A stretch of DNA of 18,986 nucleotides from Candidatus Fervidifonticultor sextus (GTDB lineage: Bacteria; Sysuimicrobiota; Sysuimicrobiia; Sysuimicrobiales; Humicultoraceae). The first letter of the stretch is position 1, and each line of letters starts with the position of its first letter. Below, in pieces: positions 1 through 6,440 of the stretch. The translations under genes were made by a program, and so were the position numbers. The stretch is taken from assembly GCA_031459875.1 (NCBI GenBank), contig JAVKHQ010000031.1, positions 13,740 through 32,725 on the forward strand, written 5' to 3'. The notes beneath the pieces were generated by a model, which saw nothing but the letters and a program-made list of their open reading frames with translations, did not search any database and was not told the origin of the DNA.

Positions 1-223
1 CGGTGAGCGTGACGCCGCGGTAGGGCTCGTGGCGCACCAGGCGCAGCCGGGCCAGACGCTTCATCATGTTGGTGACCGAGGCGGGAGCCACCCCAAGCCG
101 CTGCGCGAGCCCGTTGGTGGTCACCGGGCGCTCCTCCTGGGAGAGCATGTACACCGCCTTCAGGTAGTCCTCGACGGCCTGGGACAGCGGTGCGGGCACG
201 GCGCGACCTCCTGGGTCCGACAT
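1..223 (-). CDS. DtxR/MntR-family metal-dependent transcriptional repressor (N-terminal part; runs off the left edge)
   Basis: Not in the ORF track; translated by hand: MSDPGGRAVPAPLSQAVEDYLKAVYMLSQEERPVTTNGLAQRLGVAPASVTNMMKRLARLRLVRHEPYRGVTLT. EDYLK..Y, the LA..LGV...SVT.M.KRL helix-turn-helix and Y.GV.LT are DtxR hallmarks. ATG at 223 overlaps the ZIP stop (TGATG). An alternative GTG start at 199 has an AGGAGGT Shine-Dalgarno (SD) sequence. Confidence 0.93.
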   Translation of the reverse strand, partial: MSDPGGRAVPAPLSQAVEDYLKAVYMLSQEERPVTTNGLAQRLGVAPASVTNMMKRLARLRLVRHEPYRGVTLT

Positions 224-1398
224 CACCCGGCCACGAACAGGCCGGTCAAGTACATGATCAGCAAGCCCGCCGCAAATCCGGCGAAATTAACGGCGGTCAT
301 CAGTTCGTCCCCGGCCTGCCGGACCATCATCCCGACCAGCTCGTACACGACCTGGAAGATCGCCCCCGCGCCGATGGCCAAAAACAGCGTCGCAAACACC
401 GGCGAGTAGACAAACCCGCCGAGCCACGCGCCCAGGATGGTCGGCACCCCCGCCACCGCGCCCAGCAGTACGAATCTGGACACCGGTGGCCGATCCCTGG
501 CCAGCGGGGACGCGATCCCCAGCCCCTCGGTGGTATTGTGCAACAGAAAGCCCAGCACCAGGAAGGTCCCCAGGGCCACCTCGCCCAGGGAGTACGCCGC
601 GCCGATGGCCAGGCCCTCGCCGAGGTTGTGCAGCCCGATGCCCAGGGCGATCAGGAAGGCCAGCACGAACCGGGCCTGCGGGCCGTCGGCGGCGCGGGCG
701 GTCGTCCGGCGGACGAGGAGGGTGAGGGCGAGGATCGTCCCCACGACACCCAGTGTCACCAGCCCCGTCCCCTGGAACGCTCCCGGCACGCCGGTCCGGG
801 CGTCCAGGGCTTCGGCCAGCGTGTCCACCCCCAGGAAGACCAGCAGACCGCCGGTAAGACTCAGGAAGAAGTTCAGCCAGCGCCGGCCGATCTGACGGAG
901 GAACGGGAACCACAACAGCCCCACGAAGACCGGGATGACGCCGACGTAGACCCCCAGCATCGTGAAGGTGAGCAGGTAGCGGGCGTCGGGCCGCGGCGAC
1001 TCCACGGCCACCGGGACCTCGTGCTCGATGGTGAGACCCGTGCTCGTAAGCAACTTGATCGCGTGGGCCTCGCCCTCGACCCACGGGTACGGAATGGTGA
1101 TCGTCGCCCGGCCCAGCCGCGGGATCGTCCGGTCAGGGACGATGGTGTGCCGCCAGTACGCGTCGTCCACCAGGACCTGTGCCACGGTGACGGGCTGCGG
1201 GCCGCCGTTGGTCACGGCCACGACCATCTCGCCCGGGCGCAGCGTCACCCGCTCGATCGTGAGCTTCTCGACCGGCGGAAACGCGGCCTCGAAGACCCCA
1301 AGCGGCCCGTAGGCCAGGAACAGGACCACGAAGACCGCCAGCAGGACCAGCGGCCCGAGCCCTGCCAGCAGGCGCCGCCGCGTCTCAGGCCACGTCAT
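223..1398 (-). CDS. ZIP (ZupT/GufA-like) family divalent metal transporter with an extra N-terminal membrane anchor and soluble beta-rich domain
   Basis: ZIP metal-site motifs GLHNLGEGLAIG and LHNTTEG plus multiple hydrophobic helices. SD GAGGTGG lies 6 nt before the ATG. Overlaps the oxidase stop. Confidence 0.92.
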   Translation of the reverse strand: MTWPETRRRLLAGLGPLVLLAVFVVLFLAYGPLGVFEAAFPPVEKLTIERVTLRPGEMVVAVTNGGPQPVTVAQVLVDDAYWRHTIVPDRTIPRLGRATITIPYPWVEGEAHAIKLLTSTGLTIEHEVPVAVESPRPDARYLLTFTMLGVYVGVIPVFVGLLWFPFLRQIGRRWLNFFLSLTGGLLVFLGVDTLAEALDARTGVPGAFQGTGLVTLGVVGTILALTLLVRRTTARAADGPQARFVLAFLIALGIGLHNLGEGLAIGAAYSLGEVALGTFLVLGFLLHNTTEGLGIASPLARDRPPVSRFVLLGAVAGVPTILGAWLGGFVYSPVFATLFLAIGAGAIFQVVYELVGMMVRQAGDELMTAVNFAGFAAGLLIMYLTGLFVAG

Positions 1399-2419
1399 GG
1401 GGGACCACCTCGAAGAAGCTCATCCAGCCCAATTCCACGAACTCGCTCTGGTGGGCGTGGAACATGAAGCGGCCCGGCCGACGGTACCGGAACTCCAGGA
1501 TTGCCCGCTGCCCCTGGCAGAGCATGACCGTATCGGTGAACTCCGCGGGGGTCAGGCTCGTCCCGGTGGGATAGACGTGGAAGAAGTTGGCGTGGAGGTG
1601 CATGGAGTTGATGGGGTCGAACTCGGTGATGTTCACCAGATACACCCGCACCAGTTCGTCCTGCCTGATCCGGATGGGGTGCCGCGCATAGTAGAACGGG
1701 ATGGTGTTGACGGCGTAGAACTCGTTCTCCCCGTCGAAGTTGGTGTCGAAGGCGTTCATCATCATGACGAGTTCCCGAGCCGGCGGCCGACCCTGCGGGG
1801 GATCCACGATGAAGACCCCGTAAAGCCCCTTGTGGATGTGGCGCTTGAGCGGCTGCACGTGGCAGTGGTAGAGGTGCAGCCCGAACGGCTCGGCGTCGAA
1901 CTCGTAGACGAACGACTGCCCCTTGGGAATCGGCTCGACCCCGTCCATCTCGGCCGCGTGGAAGCCGTGGAAGTGGATGTTGTGGGGGTGGTCGACGGCG
2001 TTGGTGTAGTGGACGCGGATGCGGTCGCCCTCGCGGGCCCGCAGCGTCGGCCCGGGGACCTGCCCGTTGTAGACCCAGGCGGGAAACCCCACGCCCGGGG
2101 CAATCTCGATCTCGCGGTTGTGGGAGATGATGCGGTACTCCCGCAGGGTGCGGCCGTTGGGCAACCGGCTCACCTTCCCTCCGTCGAAGTGCGCAAGATA
2201 GCGGACCGGGTCGACGCCAGCGCGCCGCAGGTCCACCTCGCCGACCGTGCCCACATCGTGGCCGTGCCCGGCTGGAGGCGGCTGGACCTTCGGTGCCGTG
2301 TGCTGCGTCGGCGCTGTCGCGGCGCGGCGGTCGGGACGCACCAGCGCGCCGCCGGTCAGTCCGACGGCGCCCAGGGCCGCGAGGCGGAAGAAGTCGCGGC
2401 GTGAGACCACACCCCCCAT
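1385..2419 (-). CDS. Tat-exported two-domain multicopper oxidase (type-1 Cu site in domain 1)
   Basis: Twin-arginine signal SRRDFFR. Cu motifs HNIHFHG and HCHVQPLKRHIHKGL in domain 1; SMHLHAN and FHAHQSE in domain 2. ATG 2419 is preferred over GTG 2428 because GAGGT lies 7 nt upstream of it. Confidence 0.9.
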   Translation of the reverse strand: MGGVVSRRDFFRLAALGAVGLTGGALVRPDRRAATAPTQHTAPKVQPPPAGHGHDVGTVGEVDLRRAGVDPVRYLAHFDGGKVSRLPNGRTLREYRIISHNREIEIAPGVGFPAWVYNGQVPGPTLRAREGDRIRVHYTNAVDHPHNIHFHGFHAAEMDGVEPIPKGQSFVYEFDAEPFGLHLYHCHVQPLKRHIHKGLYGVFIVDPPQGRPPARELVMMMNAFDTNFDGENEFYAVNTIPFYYARHPIRIRQDELVRVYLVNITEFDPINSMHLHANFFHVYPTGTSLTPAEFTDTVMLCQGQRAILEFRYRRPGRFMFHAHQSEFVELGWMSFFEVVPHDVA

Positions 2420-2434
2420 GGTGCTCACCTCGAA

Positions 2435-2463
2435 TTAGACTGGCCTAAATTAGGCTAAGTTAA
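2435..2463. promoter_or_regulatory. Tandem DtxR/MntR/SirR-type operator boxes
   Basis: TTAGACTGGCCTAA (2435-2448) and TTAGGCTAAGTTAA (2450-2463) resemble the TTAGG-N4-CCTAA dyad. The junction GCCTAA-A-TTAGGC (2443-2455) is itself a palindrome. This is an AT-rich island upstream of an operon that encodes a DtxR-family repressor. Confidence 0.75.
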
Positions 2464-2493
2464 ATTATGCCTGGATGCGCGGCAGGGTGTCAA
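2464..2493 (-). promoter_or_regulatory. sigma70-type promoter of the oxidase-ZIP-DtxR operon
   Basis: Minus strand reads TTGACA (2493-2488), an 18-nt spacer, then CATAAT (2469-2464). Confidence 0.78.
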
Positions 2494-2554
2494 GTCGCCC
2501 CGGGCGCACACCCCGGGCTCAGTCGCGCCCGGCCAGGACGAGGGCGACGCGCTC

Positions 2555-3154
2555 CTACCTCCTGGAACCTCCGCCCACGATGCGCACTATCTCCAGGATC
2601 TGCGCGGCATGTCGGCCAAAGTCGATGTCGACGCGCTGCACTCGGATCGTCCCGGCCGGGTCGATCACGACGAATCCCACGAGCCCGTTCATCGGCCGAC
2701 CGGCGCCTGGCAGGTCGAACCGCTTGGCCACGGTGTAGCCGGGGTCCAGCAGGAGCGGCAGGGTCAGGCCGCTCCGCTGCTTCACCTGCCGTGCATGCTC
2801 CGGCGTATCGGGATTGACGACGTAGACCAGGGCGCCCGCCCGCAACGCCGCTGCCGATCGCTCCAGCTCGCCGAGCTGGTCCACACAGCGCGGTCAGAAG
2901 AACCCCATGTGCGAGATCACCACCAGCGGCCTGCCCCGGCCCGGCACCACGGTGTGGAGCACGCCGTCGGCATCCTGCAGGGCGAACGGCGGCGCCTGCT
3001 TCCCGACCATCGTGTTCACATCCACGGCGATCTGTGGGCCGCCAAGAGGAGCCGGGATGCGTGGGGGCGTCGGGGCAGGAGGGCCCAGGACCGCATACCA
3101 CGCGCCTGCGCCCACCGCGACCACGACGAAGCCTGTCCACCATTGGATCTTCAT
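2555..3154 (-). CDS. Membrane-anchored AhpC/TSA (redoxin, thioredoxin-fold) selenoprotein with a UxxC motif; UGA at 2896-2894 recoded as Sec
   Basis: Track ORFs 2894..3163 and 2555..2884 are in the same frame and joined by TGA-CCG-CGC-TGT, giving ...VGKQAPPFALQDADG...LVVISHMGFF-U-PRC-VDQLGEL...LPLLLDPGYTVAKRF...FVVIDPAGTIR. This is a complete 199-aa redoxin fold. SD GGAGGT lies 7 nt before ATG 3154. Confidence 0.87.
2849..2896 (-). promoter_or_regulatory. Putative bacterial SECIS element
   Basis: The mRNA after the UGA reads CCGCGCUGUGUGGA-CCAGCUC-GGC-GAGCUGG-AGCGAUCG-GCAGCG. A perfect 7-bp upper stem (2879-2863) has a G-starting apical loop 21 nt after the UGA. A lower stem CGCUGU/GCAGCG is possible. 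Confidence 0.7.
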
Positions 3155-3190
3155 CGCTGGCACCTCCCTGAGGACAGTCTCCAGAGCCGC

Positions 3191-5608
3191 TCACCTGGGC
3201 GCCTCGATGCGGACCGCCGCCCCGAAGTCGTAGGCCCGCAGGGTCATGTAGTGGGACGGCGCCACCATCAGGAGCCGGTGGAGGCGATGCGTTCGGGCCC
3301 CGATCCAGCCCGCGAACGCCGCCTGGCGATCGGGCGCTTCCCACAGGACGACCTGGCAGGTCTCGCCATCGCACGGGACCCTCCGCCCACGCGCGACCGA
3401 CCGGGCATCCTCGAGGTACTGGAGCACGCCAATGGCGGCGACGGGGCGCGGGAAGGTCTCCTGCCGCCAGGCCCCGCCGCCCTCCCGCAGATAGCGCGTG
3501 GCGCCCAGGATGATCACCTCGGCTCCGCCCGACGTCCGGATCCGCAGGCGGTCGGGCTGCACGAGTTCGGCGTTGGCCACCACGAGGCCCCCGGCGCCGT
3601 CGGTGATCTGCTCCGCTTCCCGCCACGCGCCCAGCGCACCCATGGCCGTCCGGGTGCCCTCGAGCAGCCGCACGGCAGAGGGCTCCGAGGGGGCAGGAGG
3701 CGCCTGCCCCAGCCGCAGCGGGACCGCCGCCGACGTCTCAGGCATCCCCCGCCGGCGCACGAGCACCTCCGCCTCCCACCACCCGGCGGGGAGCGGCACA
3801 GGATCGCGTGCGCCATACACGCCCTGGCCGCGTGGCTCCAGCGTCACCACGGTCGGGGAGAGATCCTCGTCGAGCTTCACCAGACGCACCAGGACACGGC
3901 CGTCGACGCCATGCAGCCGGCCGTCGCGACCGATGAGAGCGACTTCGATCCGGTTGGAACCGGGCAGCGCCGGGTCGATGAGCACCATGAGATGGATCTC
4001 CCCCGCCGATCTCGCCATCCGCAGGGCCGACGCGGCGGGCCGGGTCGCCAGCGTCACCCGGGCCGGCGGCAGCACCGTCAGCACCGCAACCACCAGGAGG
4101 ACGGCGGCCGCCAGGGCGGTCTCGCCCCCGACGATCCGCAGAAACCGCACCACCAGCGGCGCCACGTCGCCGGCAATCATCTGCTCGATCCGCGGCCGCA
4201 GCAGGAACCGGTTGAGCGCGCCGAGGGCCGCCAGCGGGACGACCAGCATGATCTTCAAAAGCAGCGCCCGACCGTAATCCGTCGTCAGGAACGCCCGCAG
4301 GCCCGGAATGTGAAGCCAGGCGCTGTAGGCGCCCGTCACCACCAGCAGGACCAGGCACACCAGAGCAGCGGCGGAGAACCGCGGGACGAGGACACGGGAC
4401 AGATCGGGGCGATCCGGCGGCGACGTGCCGAGCAGGACCACCAGGAGGCAGGCCAGGCCGCCGATCCACGCGGCCACCGCCATCAGGTGGATCCAGTCCA
4501 TCACCACGGCTAAGGCACCGACGCCCCACGCGTGGGACGTGACCGTCAGTCCGGCCAGCGCCCCTGAGGCTGCCACCGGAAGGACCCATGAGAATTCGGG
4601 CACGCGCAGGTCCGGGACCTGGGGCAGCAGGATCGCGGCGAGGACGCTGGCGAGGCCATACACCGTCGCCACCAGAACGACCAGCGCCAGGTGGCTGCTC
4701 TGGCTCAAGCCCGCCGGCCCGCCGAACATGACCGAGATGATGGTCACCACGACAATCCACACCAGCCCGGCCGCACGGAGGATCCGTCCGGGCGGCGACG
4801 AGGGCAACAGCAGGAGGACCGCGCACGCGGCGCGCACGAGCGCGCTCCATCCCGGATTCGTCCCCCACAGCATCTGCGCGAGGTGGCCAGTGGCGATCGC
4901 CTGCCCGGGCGACACGTCGAGCAACAGCGCGGCGCGCAGCACGACCTCGGAGGCGGCGGACGCCAGCACAACCACCGCGGCGCCGGTCTGCACCACCCGT
5001 AACCGCACCAGCGCCGGCGGACCCAAACGCACCGCATGGGGTGGGTCCAGGCGGCGCAGCCCCGGCTCCACGATCAGAGCCGTGAACAGCACTGCGCCGG
5101 CCAGCAGGGTCAGTGCCAGGTAGCCGATCCAGCGGATGACGACGAGCCCGGGATGGGGTGCTTCGGATTCACCTGCCGCAGCGGTCGGACGCGCCGGGAT
5201 CCCGCGCTCCGGAATTCCCACCGCAAAGACGAAGGCGCCCCCCGTCGTATGCCCGTCCACAGCCGACAGCACGCGCCAGCGGACCGTGTAGACTCCCCCC
5301 GGGAGGTCGCGCAGCGGCACCGTCATCTGCCGGCCGTCCGCCGAGACCGTGGCGCGTCCCGAGACGCGGTTCCCAAACGGATCGACCACCGTGGCGGAAC
5401 TGAACGCGGGATCCACCGGCTCGGTGAACCACAGATCGACCTGACGGGGAGCCGCATCCGGCGTCGAGTTGGGAGCAGGCCAGGAACGCTGGAGGACGCC
5501 GTGGGCGCCAGCAGGCTGGGAGGCGGCCAGACCGGCGGCGAGCAGCAGGCCAGCAATTGCCCCGGCGGACCACAGCGGCAGGCTCCGGGACCGAGGCGGC
5601 CTCTTCAT
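3191..5608 (-). CDS. Copper uptake/resistance fusion: CopC + CopD + YtkA/FixH-like domain + C-terminal LolA/LppX-like domain
   Basis: Signal peptide ending AGA|H gives an N-terminal His. CopC motifs W.F.EPV and WRVLSAVDGH. CopD motifs SHAW, WIHLMAVAAWIGGL, RFS and TDYGRALLLK. YtkA-like PALPGSN...G.Y...GWW. The C-terminal PDR...W...WI...YDFG.V.IEAP pattern is LolA/LppX-like. True start is probably ATG 5608, not the track's 5737. Confidence 0.85.
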   Translation of the reverse strand: MKRPPRSRSLPLWSAGAIAGLLLAAGLAASQPAGAHGVLQRSWPAPNSTPDAAPRQVDLWFTEPVDPAFSSATVVDPFGNRVSGRATVSADGRQMTVPLRDLPGGVYTVRWRVLSAVDGHTTGGAFVFAVGIPERGIPARPTAAAGESEAPHPGLVVIRWIGYLALTLLAGAVLFTALIVEPGLRRLDPPHAVRLGPPALVRLRVVQTGAAVVVLASAASEVVLRAALLLDVSPGQAIATGHLAQMLWGTNPGWSALVRAACAVLLLLPSSPPGRILRAAGLVWIVVVTIISVMFGGPAGLSQSSHLALVVLVATVYGLASVLAAILLPQVPDLRVPEFSWVLPVAASGALAGLTVTSHAWGVGALAVVMDWIHLMAVAAWIGGLACLLVVLLGTSPPDRPDLSRVLVPRFSAAALVCLVLLVVTGAYSAWLHIPGLRAFLTTDYGRALLLKIMLVVPLAALGALNRFLLRPRIEQMIAGDVAPLVVRFLRIVGGETALAAAVLLVVAVLTVLPPARVTLATRPAASALRMARSAGEIHLMVLIDPALPGSNRIEVALIGRDGRLHGVDGRVLVRLVKLDEDLSPTVVTLEPRGQGVYGARDPVPLPAGWWEAEVLVRRRGMPETSAAVPLRLGQAPPAPSEPSAVRLLEGTRTAMGALGAWREAEQITDGAGGLVVANAELVQPDRLRIRTSGGAEVIILGATRYLREGGGAWRQETFPRPVAAIGVLQYLEDARSVARGRRVPCDGETCQVVLWEAPDRQAAFAGWIGARTHRLHRLLMVAPSHYMTLRAYDFGAAVRIEAPR

Positions 5609-5618
5609 CGTCGAATCT

Positions 5619-6143
5619 TCAGCGCCTGCCGAAGGCTTCCTCCACTGCCTGGCGGAAGGTCCTGGGGTCCACCGCGGGGTACCGGTAGAGTTCAGGCTCG
5701 ATGCGCTGGAAGTACTCGATGGCGCGGCGTGGGTCAATCAGCCTTCTGTCGAGCATGGCCTGCACGTCGTCCATGTCCTGCGCGTGGCTCCGTTCCAGTT
5801 TCGCGAGCGCCTGCGCATACAGGTCAAAGTGATAGTAGGTGATCTTCTCTTCCTGCGCGATGTAGGGGCTCCGATCCTCCCAGCCCGGCGGCACGGGGAT
5901 GAAGTCAACCGGCGATGCCAACTCCACGTTGATCTGAAGTTCGTCCTTGACCCTCGGGATGGCACGCAACAGATGGTCGTCCTCGGGCACGATCTTCACA
6001 TCCACGTCGATCGTGCTCCTGCGCCACCCGAACAGCACCGCGGTCGCCCCCCCTGTGAAGTACACGCGCACCTCGGCGGTCGCCTCGCGGCCCAGGGCGC
6101 GCATGAACCGTCGGATGCGTTCCGCGTCGGCTACCTGGCGCAT
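5619..6143 (-). CDS. DUF6036-like nucleotidyltransferase (Pol-beta superfamily)
   Basis: VYFTGGATAVL...RSTIDVD (GG...T.DxD) and C-terminal LAKLERSHAQDMDD (K..R...D..D), typical of AbiEii/DUF6036-type NTases. Confidence 0.8.
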   Translation of the reverse strand: MRQVADAERIRRFMRALGREATAEVRVYFTGGATAVLFGWRRSTIDVDVKIVPEDDHLLRAIPRVKDELQINVELASPVDFIPVPPGWEDRSPYIAQEEKITYYHFDLYAQALAKLERSHAQDMDDVQAMLDRRLIDPRRAIEYFQRIEPELYRYPAVDPRTFRQAVEEAFGRR

Positions 6144-6406
6144 GCCGCGGAGCGCTCGAAGCTCACGAGTCGGCGCACCAGAGCGTTGTACCGGGAATGG
6201 GCGGAATCCGGGTCCGACTGCCGCAGGAGTTCGTAGAGCCGGTGCTCGGCCGAGGGGATGACGCGCGGAATCCGAAAGCCGAGCCGGCGCAGCCGCGGGG
6301 CACCAATGGACACCAGCAGGGCCGGGACGGACTCGACCCCCCCCGCGAGGTCGGCCAGCCCCGCCTCGATGAGGCTCTCACCCGGAAGGACCTCGGACCG
6401 TCGCAC
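6131..6406 (-). CDS. Small helical hypothetical protein, partner of the downstream nucleotidyltransferase
   Basis: ORF fills the gap between the FAH and NTase genes (LPGESLIEAGLADL...LLVSIGAPRLRRLG...HRLYELL...AHSRYNALVRRLVSFE) and overlaps the NTase start by 13 nt. Start uncertain: GTG 6406 (leaderless) or ATG 6454. Confidence 0.72.
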   Translation of the reverse strand: MRRSEVLPGESLIEAGLADLAGGVESVPALLVSIGAPRLRRLGFRIPRVIPSAEHRLYELLRQSDPDSAHSRYNALVRRLVSFERSAACAR

Positions 6407-6412
6407 GGCTTC

Positions 6413-6418
6413 ATTATA
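6413..6418 (-). promoter_or_regulatory. Perfect -10 element TATAAT, probable leaderless promoter
   Basis: TATAAT-GAAGCC-GTG: a consensus -10 hexamer in GC-rich DNA, 6 nt before an in-frame GTG. No SD and no clear -35. Confidence 0.55.
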
Positions 6419-6440
6419 GACGACGGCGACAGACGGGGCG

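Noticed and set aside
1385..2419. Copper nitrite reductase (nirK)
   Set aside because: HxH pairs in both domains and a Leu axial ligand fit a two-domain oxidase with a trinuclear cluster, and the context is metal uptake rather than denitrification.
2494..2550. GC-rich imperfect inverted repeats after the redoxin stop as an intrinsic terminator
   Set aside because: The stems are mismatched and there is no U-tract on the minus strand, so a terminator cannot be supported.
2555..3163. Two separate small genes or a nonsense pseudogene
   Set aside because: The stop is TGA, lies exactly at the catalytic position of a CxxC-type motif and is followed by a SECIS-like hairpin. Sec recoding is the simpler explanation, pending a check for sel genes.
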